Assembly (NCBI GenBank): GCA_963973455.1
Contig: CAXAZF010000009.1
Span: 36,984 to 100,983 of the forward strand
Source of the DNA: an uncultured Flavobacteriaceae bacterium
Lineage (GTDB): Bacteria > Bacteroidota > Bacteroidia > Flavobacteriales > Flavobacteriaceae
Direction: 5' to 3'
DNA length: 64,000 nucleotides
Position numbers and translations under genes: made by a program
The notes under the pieces: model-generated
Told to the model about the DNA's origin: nothing
The model's database searches: none
Seen by the model: the letters and a program-made list of their open reading frames with translations, nothing else
In this document: positions 34,745-44,858 of the stretch, piece by piece
How the letters are laid out: each line of letters starts with the position of its first letter
Position numbering within the stretch: the first letter of the stretch is position 1

Positions 34745-35749
34745 ATGACAGAGAAACCAAAATTTGCCGTTTTTGGCGGCGGAAGCTGGGCAACCGCCAT
34801 TGTAAAAATGCTGTGCGAAAACCTAGATGAAGTGGGGTGGTATATGCGAAATTCCTATGCTTTAGAGCATATTAAAAAAGAAGATCATAACCCAAATTAT
34901 TTAAGCTCTGTAGAGTTCAAAGTCTCGCAACTTAAATTGAGCAACGACATCAATGAAATGGTGGAATATGCAGATTATCTAATATTTGTTATTCCTTCTG
35001 CTTTTGTTGAAACAGAGCTTAAAAAAGTAACTGTTTCGCTTGAGAACAAGGTTGTTTTTTCAGCCATTAAAGGTATTGTCCCTGAAACCAGTTTGATTGT
35101 TGGAGATCATTTTAACACCCATTATAATGTGGCTTTTAATAATATCGGTGTTATTTCCGGTCCTTGTCATGCAGAGGAAGTAGCTTTGGAACGTTTGTCT
35201 TATTTAACCATTGCCTGCGCCGATGAAGATAAAGCCAAATTAGTAGCAGATATATTATCCAGCGATTATATAAAATGCACCACCAGTGATGATGTCATGG
35301 GTACTGAATACGCTGCGATGCTAAAAAACATATATGCCATTGCAGCGGGAATTGCACACGGCCTAGGATATGGAGATAACTTTCAAAGTGTGTTGATGAG
35401 CAATGCCATACGAGAGATGAAAAAGTATGTGAAAAAGGTTCATAAAATGAAACGTAACATAAATGACTCTGCCTACTTAGGTGATTTATTGGTTACCGGG
35501 TATTCCGTTTTTAGCCGAAATAGGATGTTTGGCAATATGATAGGGAAAGGTTATACCGTTAAAAGTGCTCAAATGGAAATGAGTATGATTGCTGAAGGTT
35601 ATTATGCTACAAAAAGTGCCTACAACCTTAACCAAGCAAAAGGCAAGAAAAAGGCCAAAACTCCAATTATAAATGCGGTTTACAGCATTTTATATGAAGG
35701 GAAAGATCCCAAAAAAGTGTTTATTAAGCTGACGGATAAGTTGGATTAA
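34745..35749 (+). CDS. gpsA: NAD(P)H-dependent glycerol-3-phosphate dehydrogenase
   Basis: 'GGGSWATA','SGPCHAEEV','LKNIYAIAAG','GDLLVTGYS.FSRNR'. Confidence 0.95.
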   Translation: MTEKPKFAVFGGGSWATAIVKMLCENLDEVGWYMRNSYALEHIKKEDHNPNYLSSVEFKVSQLKLSNDINEMVEYADYLIFVIPSAFVETELKKVTVSLENKVVFSAIKGIVPETSLIVGDHFNTHYNVAFNNIGVISGPCHAEEVALERLSYLTIACADEDKAKLVADILSSDYIKCTTSDDVMGTEYAAMLKNIYAIAAGIAHGLGYGDNFQSVLMSNAIREMKKYVKKVHKMKRNINDSAYLGDLLVTGYSVFSRNRMFGNMIGKGYTVKSAQMEMSMIAEGYYATKSAYNLNQAKGKKKAKTPIINAVYSILYEGKDPKKVFIKLTDKLD

Positions 35750-36145
35750 TTACCGAGCCAAAACTCCATCCTTTTTCATCACAGGAAGTGAAACCGCATT
35801 ATCATCAATAGCGGCGTTGGCGGGAAGTTCGAAACGTTTGTCGTAGAGCTTGTCGCCAATAAAATAAGTAATGGTAAAAAAGTTGTTCACCTTCAAGACG
35901 TTTTCTTCCAAAAATTCAATTTTAGCGTAACCTTTTGCAGGTAATAACTGAATTGTTTTCCGCATTGGTGCGGTCATTTTTTCACTGTCGTAACCTTGTG
36001 ATACAATGATAACGGTCTCCAAGGGTTTATCGTTATCATTGATGATGTAAGCGTTCCAATCGTGTGTTTTAAACTCATCGTTAAACTCGTTTACGGCAGC
36101 AACGTAAACGTTTTTAACTTCCGGGATTTTTATATCTTTTCGCAT
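35750..36145 (-). CDS. conserved hypothetical protein
   Basis: 131-aa ORF with normal composition. Confidence 0.7.
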   Translation of the reverse strand: MRKDIKIPEVKNVYVAAVNEFNDEFKTHDWNAYIINDNDKPLETVIIVSQGYDSEKMTAPMRKTIQLLPAKGYAKIEFLEENVLKVNNFFTITYFIGDKLYDKRFELPANAAIDDNAVSLPVMKKDGVLAR

Positions 36146-36151
36146 AGTGTT

Positions 36152-36319
36152 TTAATCTTTCTTTGTTTTCCAAGAAATCCACATTCCCAATAACGCTAAA
36201 GCAAATATCCCTAGGAAAATACTACCAACAACAATTTTTATGGCAGCTATTACAAAAGTTAGAAAAGCAACCACTAAAAGTGCGGCTATTAAAAGACCAA
36301 CTATTAGCTGCTTCTTCAT
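36152..36319 (-). CDS. small 2-TM membrane protein, 55 aa (not in ORF track)
   Basis: MKKQLIVGLLIAALLVVAFLTFVIAAIKIVVGSIFLGIFALALLGMWISWKTKKD; ATG overlaps pheS stop. Confidence 0.65.
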   Translation of the reverse strand: MKKQLIVGLLIAALLVVAFLTFVIAAIKIVVGSIFLGIFALALLGMWISWKTKKD

Positions 36320-37341
36320 AAAACGCTTTTAAACTGTTGTAAAAAGCGAATATCATTTTCACTTAACATACGAATGTCCGGAATTTGATGCAGTAATAAA
36401 GCAATACGATCGATCCCCATTCCAAATGCAAAACCTGAATACTCTTCAGAATCTATTCCGCAGTTTTCAAGGACGTTAGGATCTACCATACCACAACCCA
36501 TAATTTCTAACCAGCCAGTACCTTTGGTCATTTTATAATCGGTTTCGGTTTCTAATCCCCAATACACATCTACTTCGGCGCTTGGCTCGGTAAATGGAAA
36601 GTATGAAGGACGTAACCGTATTTTAGATTTTCCGAACAATTCCGTAGTGAAATATTGAAGGGTTTGTTTTAAGTCTGCAAAGCTTACGCCTTTATCCACA
36701 TACAAACCTTCCACTTGATGGAAAAAGCAATGAGAACGTGCTGAAATAGCTTCATTTCTATATACACGCCCTGGTGAGATAGTACGAATAGGCGGCTTAT
36801 TATTTTCCATGTACCGTACTTGAACGGTAGATGTATGCGTACGCAACATAATGTCCGGGTCGGTCTGTACAAAAAAGGTGTCTTGCATATCCCGAGCTGG
36901 GTGGTATTCGGGTAAATTTAAAGCTGTAAAGTTGTGCCAATCGTCTTCAATCTCGGGTCCTTCGGAAACATTAAACCCAATGCGTGAAAATATCTCCGTA
37001 ATTTTATTTTTTACAATTGAAATGGGGTGGCGCGAACCTAGTTCAATCGGTTCACCTGGACGAGAAAGATCACCATACACGCCTTTAACCTCTTCTTTCG
37101 CTTCTAAAGTTGCCTTTATAGCATCTACTTTTTCTTGAGCCGCATTTTTAAGTGTATTAATCGTCTGCCCAAATTCCTTTTTTTGTTCGTTAGGAACGTT
37201 TTTGAATTCAGCAAAAAAGTCGTTCAACAACCCTTTCTTTCCAAGGTATTTTATTCGAAATTTCTCTACTTCGTCTTTTGAAGTTGTTGTAAATGCTTCA
37301 ACTTCGGCAATGTGTTCTTTAATTTTATCTAGCATACCCAT
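36316..37341 (-). CDS. pheS: phenylalanyl-tRNA synthetase alpha subunit
   Basis: 'HPARDMQDTF','LRTHTS','FHQVEGL','FPFTEPS','GFAFGMGIDR'. Confidence 0.97.
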   Translation of the reverse strand: MGMLDKIKEHIAEVEAFTTTSKDEVEKFRIKYLGKKGLLNDFFAEFKNVPNEQKKEFGQTINTLKNAAQEKVDAIKATLEAKEEVKGVYGDLSRPGEPIELGSRHPISIVKNKITEIFSRIGFNVSEGPEIEDDWHNFTALNLPEYHPARDMQDTFFVQTDPDIMLRTHTSTVQVRYMENNKPPIRTISPGRVYRNEAISARSHCFFHQVEGLYVDKGVSFADLKQTLQYFTTELFGKSKIRLRPSYFPFTEPSAEVDVYWGLETETDYKMTKGTGWLEIMGCGMVDPNVLENCGIDSEEYSGFAFGMGIDRIALLLHQIPDIRMLSENDIRFLQQFKSVL

Positions 37342-37376
37342 TTTCTTGTGGATGGCAAAATTACATAAATTATTGG

Positions 37377-37733
37377 CTATTCAATGACTTCCTTTTCAAG
37401 GAAATACTGCACAATGGCTTCTTTCATTAATACACTTTGTTCACCTGCCTTTAACGGTGGTAATTGTTCTAATGTTTTATAATGCGGCCAACCTTGGTCG
37501 TCAAAATATTCAAATTCATAATAACCAAAAGGTTCTAACAACCTGCATATAGCAATATGCATCAGGTTAATTTTATCATCTTTTTTAAACCGCCTATGCA
37601 ATTGTCCTAATTCTTGTACACCAATTAAATAAATAATCGCATCTAAATCTAGTTGCTCGCCATCGGCAAAACGGTCGCTCAATAACTTAACCACCGCTTC
37701 CCATTGTTGTTTTAATTGTTCGTCTCTTGCCAT
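37377..37733 (-). CDS. conserved hypothetical protein
   Basis: 'LDAIIYLIGVQELG','DQGWPHY'. Confidence 0.75.
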   Translation of the reverse strand: MARDEQLKQQWEAVVKLLSDRFADGEQLDLDAIIYLIGVQELGQLHRRFKKDDKINLMHIAICRLLEPFGYYEFEYFDDQGWPHYKTLEQLPPLKAGEQSVLMKEAIVQYFLEKEVIE

Positions 37734-37852
37734 AAATTATAGGTACAAAGATACGTCTTTAAAATACCAAAAGGCAAACTGAAAAAGCGTAAAAACACAG
37801 TTTGCATTATCCGATATTTTTAGAAATAGTATATTTACTTCAAACTTATAAT

Positions 37853-38419
37853 ATGGTCACAATCGATATTATCCTTGGTGTTATTCTGCTCATTGCATTT
37901 TACTTAGGCTTTAAAAAAGGGCTGTTTGTCACGCTGGCTTCCTTAATTGGACTTGTTGCCGGGGTTTATGGGGCGATTTACTTTTCGCATTATGCGGCCG
38001 ATTTTCTCACAGAGCGTTTTGATTGGGGTACACAAACCACCAATTTAGCAGCTTTTGCTGTTACATTTTTAATCATTGTTTTTGTTATTTCGCTTGCCGG
38101 GAAGCTATTGACCAAAGTGGCCGATTTTGCTGCTTTAGGAGTTGTAAACAAACTTTTGGGAGCTGTTTTTAGTGTGTTGAAATATGCTTTTATAGTGAGT
38201 GTAATCTTTATGTTTATAAATGCTTCGGAAAGCTATACCATTGTTTCAGAAGAACAACGCAGTGAATCTATTTTATATCCGCCTGTAGCATCCTTAGCAC
38301 CTTTAGTACTTCCTCATATTTTAAGAGAAGTGGACGATTTCAGAAATGAAGAAGAACGTATTGACCCAGAACCTGAAATAAAAGAAAAAGAATCTGATAC
38401 GCTTATACAGCAATCATAA
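37853..38419 (+). CDS. cvpA: CvpA family membrane protein
   Basis: 'IDIILG...GFKKGLF','NKLLGAVFSVLK'. Confidence 0.85.
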   Translation: MVTIDIILGVILLIAFYLGFKKGLFVTLASLIGLVAGVYGAIYFSHYAADFLTERFDWGTQTTNLAAFAVTFLIIVFVISLAGKLLTKVADFAALGVVNKLLGAVFSVLKYAFIVSVIFMFINASESYTIVSEEQRSESILYPPVASLAPLVLPHILREVDDFRNEEERIDPEPEIKEKESDTLIQQS

Positions 38420-38445
38420 AAAAGCCCCGCTTTCGCGAGGCTTTT
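38420..38445. terminator. bidirectional intrinsic terminator
   Basis: AAAAGCCCCGC-TTTC-GCGAGGCTTTT between convergent genes. Confidence 0.75.
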
Positions 38446-38450
38446 GAAAA

Positions 38451-40301
38451 TTAAACTTCATCTTCTACATTGTCTTTAATGTAAACTATCGTTTCTTTAA
38501 AGTTATCGAAAATTCGATCTTTAGGTACTAAATCTGGAATTATATCGATATTCTCCATCATAATTCGCGGTTGCATTTGCAACTGCTCGAAAATGATTTT
38601 GATTTTCTTTCTACGTAGTTCCAGTAATACCTCTTCCATAGCATATAAACCAGATTGATCCATATATGGCACTTTCCCCATACGGATTACAACATGTTTA
38701 GCTGTATTTGGAATTTGCTCTGATAAAAGTTGGAAGTCTGACGTATAACCAAAAAACAATGGTCCTTCCAGTCTTTTGATAAATACCTCTTCACGAAATT
38801 TATTTGGAAATTCTATCTCATCTTTCCAAGGTAAAGCTAACTCGTCTGCATTGTCCAACGGTACTACTTTAGATTGATCTGCCGTAAGGTCTCCCATTTT
38901 CTTCATAAAGATAATAGAAGCCAAAATAAGGCCAATACCTACTGCATATACTAAATTCCAGAATACAGATAGTATTAAAACTACCATCATCACAGCAATT
39001 TCACTTTTCTGCATCTTAGGGATTGCTTTCAATCCTTTATAATCCATTACACCTATACCAACGGTAATTAATATACCCGCCAATACAGCTGCCGGAATTT
39101 GTGATGCAACCGGCCCTAATGCTAATAATATCACTAAAAGCAATATTGCAGCAATCATACCTGAAAGTCGTGTTGTACCCCCAGACTTAATATTTACAAC
39201 GGTACGAATGGTCGCTCCTGCACCTGGAATACCACCAAAAATAGCAGCAACACTATTACCAATACCTTGTCCTACCAATTCTTTATTGGGTTTGTGCTTA
39301 GTCTTGGTCATGTTATCAGCCACAACAGAGGTTAATAGCGAGTCGATTGCCCCTAAAAACGCCAATGTTATGGCACTGAACACATAGGGGGAAATTTTTC
39401 CTATACTGAAACTTGCGAACATATCAAGGTTAGGTATTGGGAAACCACCTGGTATCTGTTCAATAGGACGATATTCAAGATTTAAAAAATAAGCTCCTGC
39501 CGAAACAACCAACAGTGCCACCAAAGTACTGGGCACGACCGTTGTTATACGCTTAAATCCATAAATAATAAAAATGGTCAATGCAGCCAAAGCAAATTCC
39601 AGCCAACTTATACTACTAATTGCCCTAGGAAGTGACTTTATAGCTCCTAAAACTCCTGAACTCTCTGATTTAGCAAGTGTGGTCGCTTCTTTGGTAATTT
39701 CAGATTCAGTTATTTCTTCGGCTCTGTTTATTGTTTCTTTGAAGTCTTCTAAAACTAAAATGCCTTCTCCAGCTTCATCTTTTAAGATTTTATCCAATAA
39801 GACTTCCTCAGCTTGAGGCTTAAATTCAGTTATAAATTCAGTATCGTCTTCAGTATAATACCCTAACATGGGTAATATTTGCGTAATTAATATAATAACC
39901 CCAATAGCGGTCATAAAACCAGAAACAACGGGATACGGTATATAGCGAATATATTTACCAATACCTACGACCCCCATCACAACCTGGATCAATCCAGCCA
40001 ATAAGAAGACTAATAAAATATAAGGAAGAGCTTGTTCTACACTTCCATTATTTGCAGTTACAATACCTGCAATAACAACCATGGAAACAGCTGTCATAGG
40101 CGCAGTTGGTCCCGAAATCTGCGTGTTAGTACCTCCAAAAAGGGAAGCAAAAAAACAGATCATAATGGCACCGTACAATCCGGCGTCAGGACCTAAACCT
40201 GACTGAACACCAAAGGCAAGTGCCAGAGGTAACGCCACAATCCCTGCGGTTATACCACCAAAGAGATTGCCTTTAAAATTTGTAAATATTCCTTTAAACA
40301 T
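38451..40301 (-). CDS. SulP family anion (bicarbonate) transporter with STAS domain
   Basis: 'GITAGIVALPLALAFG','SGPTAPM','GAIDSLLT','EGPLFFG'. Confidence 0.92.
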   Translation of the reverse strand: MFKGIFTNFKGNLFGGITAGIVALPLALAFGVQSGLGPDAGLYGAIMICFFASLFGGTNTQISGPTAPMTAVSMVVIAGIVTANNGSVEQALPYILLVFLLAGLIQVVMGVVGIGKYIRYIPYPVVSGFMTAIGVIILITQILPMLGYYTEDDTEFITEFKPQAEEVLLDKILKDEAGEGILVLEDFKETINRAEEITESEITKEATTLAKSESSGVLGAIKSLPRAISSISWLEFALAALTIFIIYGFKRITTVVPSTLVALLVVSAGAYFLNLEYRPIEQIPGGFPIPNLDMFASFSIGKISPYVFSAITLAFLGAIDSLLTSVVADNMTKTKHKPNKELVGQGIGNSVAAIFGGIPGAGATIRTVVNIKSGGTTRLSGMIAAILLLVILLALGPVASQIPAAVLAGILITVGIGVMDYKGLKAIPKMQKSEIAVMMVVLILSVFWNLVYAVGIGLILASIIFMKKMGDLTADQSKVVPLDNADELALPWKDEIEFPNKFREEVFIKRLEGPLFFGYTSDFQLLSEQIPNTAKHVVIRMGKVPYMDQSGLYAMEEVLLELRRKKIKIIFEQLQMQPRIMMENIDIIPDLVPKDRIFDNFKETIVYIKDNVEDEV

Positions 40302-40312
40302 AGTTTATTTTT

Positions 40313-40942
40313 TTAGTTGTAAAATGATACTTCACCTGTACTTACATTATACATAGCACCAACAATTTTTATCTCTCCATTTTTTTCCATTTCAGTTAAA
40401 AGTGGGCTTTGTTTACGCATGTTATCCAGTGTATGGTGAACATTTGTTTTAGACACTTCATTTACGAAATCTGTATTGCTTGAGGTTCTTTGTGAAGCAT
40501 CTTTTGGCTCTTCTACAGCTGCAACAGCTGGTTTTATTTTAGAAACCAAACTAGTTATGTTTCCTAATTCAACGTTATCACACGCCCCTTTAACAGCTCC
40601 ACAAGCCGTATGGCCCAATACTACAACTAATTTTGATCCAGCTACTTTACAACCGTACTCAATACTTCCTAAAATATCTTCATCAACAATGTTTCCTGCC
40701 ACACGTGCGCTAAATACATCGCCAATTCCTTGGTCGAATACTATTTCAGCTGGAACACGAGAGTCTATACAACTTAAAATTACTGCATAAGGATATTGAC
40801 CCCCTTGAGTATCTTTAACTTGTTCTAATAGATCTCTGTCGGCTTTAGAATTGTTAATAAAACGCTTATTTCCTTCTTTTAAAAGTTCTAATGATTTGTC
40901 AGGAGTTAAATTTGCTTGTGTTTCTTTTGTATGTGCTTTCAT
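40313..40942 (-). CDS. beta-class carbonic anhydrase
   Basis: 'LSCIDSRVP','RVAGN','LGHTACGAV'. Confidence 0.93.
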   Translation of the reverse strand: MKAHTKETQANLTPDKSLELLKEGNKRFINNSKADRDLLEQVKDTQGGQYPYAVILSCIDSRVPAEIVFDQGIGDVFSARVAGNIVDEDILGSIEYGCKVAGSKLVVVLGHTACGAVKGACDNVELGNITSLVSKIKPAVAAVEEPKDASQRTSSNTDFVNEVSKTNVHHTLDNMRKQSPLLTEMEKNGEIKIVGAMYNVSTGEVSFYN

Positions 40943-41053
40943 TTTTTTGAAATTTTAGATAATTATAATAGTGTATAAAGCTACAACCTGTAGCATTATA
41001 CTGTATCTATCAAAAATAGATAGAAAAGTGTTTTTAAAAATTAATTTGATTTG

Positions 41054-41353
41054 TTAGGACAAAACCCGTTCAGGAGGTGGCAAAAGGGTTTCATGGTAAA
41101 CTGGTTTCCATGTTTCTAAATATGGAAACAAGATTCTTTGTTTCAACTCAGTTAATAATGAAAAATCTAGAATCAAGTTTTTTTCTGGAGCGTTGTTTTG
41201 CTTTGGGCCAACTTTAAAGCCGTCGGTATTTTCTTCTTCGTTCATCGAAAAATAGGAGGTCATATCCACGTCAATATCTACTATAGACACCACCACTGGC
41301 ATTAATAGAAAAGACGAAAAGATTAATAAAAAGAAAATACTCTTTAACCTCAA
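41054..41353 (-). CDS. hypothetical exported protein
   Basis: Hydrophobic N-terminus; 'LLPPPE' C-terminus. Confidence 0.6.
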   Translation of the reverse strand: MRLKSIFFLLIFSSFLLMPVVVSIVDIDVDMTSYFSMNEEENTDGFKVGPKQNNAPEKNLILDFSLLTELKQRILFPYLETWKPVYHETLLPPPERVLS

Positions 41354-41423
41354 TACGCGTTATTTTTCAAGAAATACAAAAATAGTATTTTAGAGATAAA
41401 TTCCTGTTAACTATTTATTAAAT

Positions 41424-42176
41424 CTAAAGCTGTTTTAAGTCATTAACAGGCATCCAACCGTCTTTTCCGTCAGCTAGTTCAATACGAACCCAATCTTGAT
41501 CACGCCCAATAATCTGTACTTTAGTACCTTCATGAAGCTCAAAAGCAGATTCGCTACCCATATTGGGCTCACTTTTAACTTCGGTATTTTCTGCAAAAAT
41601 TATCGCAGGTTGGTTTTTATTGAAATCTGAATACGTTTTAAAAGCCATTACCAAAGCTAGCAAGCACACTACTGCCGAAAGTATAGAGATAGTAAAACAA
41701 ATCCGTTTTTTTGTTTCGGAAATAGAGAACCAATACAACAAAAAGAGCAAGACAAATAAAACAACGCCTATAACCGAAACAATTGCCCAGCCGTTATATG
41801 TAAAAACGCCTGAAAAATTTTTATACCATCTTGAAAACACGGTTTTTGGAAGAGGCTCGATTACGTCAATTCGGGCGTTTTGAGCAAAAGCAAGGTTTGT
41901 TTTTATATCATCATCATTAGGATCTAATTGAAGCGCTTTTTCGTAATAATAAATACTAGGTCCAATGTTGTTTAGTTTATAATTGGCATTGCCAAGATTA
42001 AAGTACAACTCGGCCGATTGCTGGCCGTTATCCAGTATTTTTTTCCAATTGGTAACAGCTTCGCTAAATTTAGCGTTTTTATAATTTTCTTTCCCTTGCT
42101 CAAACAGGGCTTCATTTTGGGCAACACCCAAAACCGAAACCAACAGCATACCAAGTATCAATAGCTTTTTCATCAT
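41424..42176 (-). CDS. batE: BatE: TPR + SH3 protein
   Basis: TPR N-terminus, TMs, 'FELHEGTKVQI...WVRIELADGKDGW'. Confidence 0.88.
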   Translation of the reverse strand: MMKKLLILGMLLVSVLGVAQNEALFEQGKENYKNAKFSEAVTNWKKILDNGQQSAELYFNLGNANYKLNNIGPSIYYYEKALQLDPNDDDIKTNLAFAQNARIDVIEPLPKTVFSRWYKNFSGVFTYNGWAIVSVIGVVLFVLLFLLYWFSISETKKRICFTISILSAVVCLLALVMAFKTYSDFNKNQPAIIFAENTEVKSEPNMGSESAFELHEGTKVQIIGRDQDWVRIELADGKDGWMPVNDLKQL

Positions 42177-43951
42177 TCGGGGTATTGAATTTGTTTGTCA
42201 ATATTCGCAATAACCGAAACAGCTTTGTTGTAATCTTCTTTAATAGTTACGGTCGAGGTTGGTGTGTAACGTGCAAACTCACAACTTTTAAGCAAGGTTA
42301 TAAACTCAGTAACAGTTTGTGGCTCAACACTTCTTTCAGAAAGAAGCGTCGCAATGCGTTCTTTACTGAAGTCTGACGTTTCGATGTTCAATTTTGCTCT
42401 TAAGTAATTGTGTAAAGCTCTTTCTAAAGATTCATAGAAAACCGCTTTATTGCTCATCTGCTTTTTAGCTTCGCTCAAGTATTTTTTAGCAAGTTTATTT
42501 GCCCTGCGTAAGCGATTTCCTTGCACATCGGCCAATCGTTGTTGTCGTTTTCTTCCTGCTAAAATAAATATTGGGATTAACAACAACGGACCGCCAAGCA
42601 ATGACCAAAATAGCTTAGATTTAAAGAAATTCTCACTAGCGATAGGTTGTAAATCGGTATCCAGCTTGATATATTTAAATTGGTCTTTATCTAATACCAC
42701 TTGTTGTTTTTCTGAAGTTTCATCGTTTGTAGAAGCTGTAACCGGACCGCTTTCTACATTAATTACTATTTCATCTGAAGAAAGGGTTTTATAGGTTTCA
42801 GTCTTCGGGTCAAAATATGAAAACGTAAGTGGCCTAATTGGGTAATTCCCTTTAAATTGAGGAACAACCGTATATTTTTCGGTTACTGAACCATTCATTC
42901 CGCTTCGGGTAGTGCGCACCTTTTCTGAACGTTCTGGTTCGTACACTTCTAATGAACTTGGTAAAGTTACACTAGGTAATTCGAACAACTTTAGGTTTCC
43001 GTTTCCTGAAATAGTTGTCGTTAACTCTAATGATTCGTTTGCATCTAAAGTGTTTTTATTTACTGAAACATCAAAATCAAAGTTCCCTACTGCTCCTGCA
43101 AAATCATCAGGTTTTCCTTGTACAGGTAGTGGTTTTACGTTGATATTTCTTTTTCCTGCTGAAATGGTTTTATTAACTCGCGTGGTAACTCTCCTTCCGA
43201 AGAAATCACGACGGTTGGTAGGCACATCGATAGGAACATCTAAGGTTAGTGGCTCTATCTCTAACTCTCCGGTTTTTTGAGGGTATAATACAGTAGTCCT
43301 TAATACTACATAACGATAATCTTCACCTTGATATTTGCCTTCATAAACTTTAAAATTTCCTTGGTTGTCAATATTCTGACTCCAGAAATCAGCAAATTTC
43401 GGCGTATCAATTTCACGCCAGCTACTGGTAATACTAACATCATGCGAAACGTAAAGCTTGTACACAACGCTAATCGCTTCGTTTAAATAGGGGCTGTTAT
43501 TGGAAACCTCAGCCACCAAATGAACTTTTTCGCTGGCTACATAATCGGCATTGTTACCATCTTGCGGTTGTGAAACAGCAGCTGTAACTTGAACTTGAAT
43601 AGGCAAACTTTTATAAATTTCACCTTCAATTTCTATGGTTGCTTGTCCAATAGTGAACTTTCCTTGTGATTGTGGTGACAGAAAATAGGAATACGTTTTA
43701 CTGTAACTACGTTTTCCATTTATATAAGAATTGCTAATCGCTTGATTTGGTCCACCCACCACACGGAAGCCATTAAAATCTGGCGGATTGAAATTGTCGC
43801 CGTCTTGGTTCATTTCAAAATCTACACGTAATCGCTCGTTTATACCAAGCCGCTTTTTGCTGACTTTGGCATCGAAAGTAACCTGCGCATACGTTGCATT
43901 ACTGCACAGCGTAAAAAGTAGTATGTAAAGAATGTATTTCAGTTTCATCAT
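42173..43951 (-). CDS. batD: BatD oxygen-tolerance protein
   Basis: Position in bat operon; 'FAGAVGNF','GNGNLKL'. Confidence 0.88.
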   Translation of the reverse strand: MMKLKYILYILLFTLCSNATYAQVTFDAKVSKKRLGINERLRVDFEMNQDGDNFNPPDFNGFRVVGGPNQAISNSYINGKRSYSKTYSYFLSPQSQGKFTIGQATIEIEGEIYKSLPIQVQVTAAVSQPQDGNNADYVASEKVHLVAEVSNNSPYLNEAISVVYKLYVSHDVSITSSWREIDTPKFADFWSQNIDNQGNFKVYEGKYQGEDYRYVVLRTTVLYPQKTGELEIEPLTLDVPIDVPTNRRDFFGRRVTTRVNKTISAGKRNINVKPLPVQGKPDDFAGAVGNFDFDVSVNKNTLDANESLELTTTISGNGNLKLFELPSVTLPSSLEVYEPERSEKVRTTRSGMNGSVTEKYTVVPQFKGNYPIRPLTFSYFDPKTETYKTLSSDEIVINVESGPVTASTNDETSEKQQVVLDKDQFKYIKLDTDLQPIASENFFKSKLFWSLLGGPLLLIPIFILAGRKRQQRLADVQGNRLRRANKLAKKYLSEAKKQMSNKAVFYESLERALHNYLRAKLNIETSDFSKERIATLLSERSVEPQTVTEFITLLKSCEFARYTPTSTVTIKEDYNKAVSVIANIDKQIQYPE

Positions 43952-44857
43952 CTACCAATCTTTATCCGACTTTATTTTAGCGCCTTTTTGTTTTTCGGCA
44001 TTCATTTTATCCTGAACTTTCTTTTCTTCATTGTTCATCGCCTCTAACAAGCTTTTTACTTGTTGTGGTGACAATTGACCAGGAACAGGCTGTTTTTGTT
44101 CTTGTTGGGGTTTATCACCCTTTCCTTGATCTTTGTCTTTAGGTTCGTCAGGTTTTCCTTTATCTTCTTTATCATCTCCTTCTTTTTTATCATCCTGCTT
44201 GTCACCTTCATCTTTTTCTTCTTTTTCGTCCCCTTTATCGCCTTCTTCGCTTTTATCGTCTTGGTTTTGTTGATCCTTATTATCTTTTTGATCTTTATTG
44301 TCTTCGTTTTTGTCGTTTTTATCATCATCGCCTCCATCACCTTGTGGTGGATTTTTCTCTAACATTTCTTTTGCCAAAGCTAAATTATAACGGGTTTCAT
44401 CGTCTGTTGGATTATTTCGAAGTGCATTTTTATATGCCTCAACAGCGTCTTGATATTTTTTTTGGTTCATAAATACATTCCCCAAATTATGAAATGCTTT
44501 ATGTTTTTCGGCTTTTGAAGTGGCTACCGAAGCCGCTTGCTTATACCGCAACATAGCTTCGCTACTTTTACTTTTATTGTAATACGCATTACCTAAATTA
44601 TACTTAGGGATTTCGCTTCCTGGGTTTAATGAAATGGCTTTTCGATAATCGGCTTCGGCAATTGGAAAGTTTTCGTCTTGCAATTCTAAACTTGCATTGC
44701 TCATCAACTCCTTAGATTGTCGTATTTCCTTTTTCTGAAGTTTTGATTGTTCGTTATTTGAAGTTTGAGAAATCGCTTCAGAAGAAACACCAATAATTAG
44801 AACCACTAAAAATAGTAGCTTAGTATATGCTTTTATTTCAGAAATATTCGTTTTCAT
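43952..44857 (-). CDS. batC: BatC: TPR protein with acidic low-complexity linker
   Basis: TPRs, 'ALRNNPTDDETRYNLA', D/K/Q-rich stretch. Confidence 0.85.
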   Translation of the reverse strand: MKTNISEIKAYTKLLFLVVLIIGVSSEAISQTSNNEQSKLQKKEIRQSKELMSNASLELQDENFPIAEADYRKAISLNPGSEIPKYNLGNAYYNKSKSSEAMLRYKQAASVATSKAEKHKAFHNLGNVFMNQKKYQDAVEAYKNALRNNPTDDETRYNLALAKEMLEKNPPQGDGGDDDKNDKNEDNKDQKDNKDQQNQDDKSEEGDKGDEKEEKDEGDKQDDKKEGDDKEDKGKPDEPKDKDQGKGDKPQQEQKQPVPGQLSPQQVKSLLEAMNNEEKKVQDKMNAEKQKGAKIKSDKDW

Positions 44858-44858
44858 A

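Noticed and set aside
44070-44350. D/K/E/Q-rich low-complexity stretch and overlapping alternative ORFs in batC
   Set aside because: Usual disordered linker of BatC; the alternative ORFs arise from the biased composition
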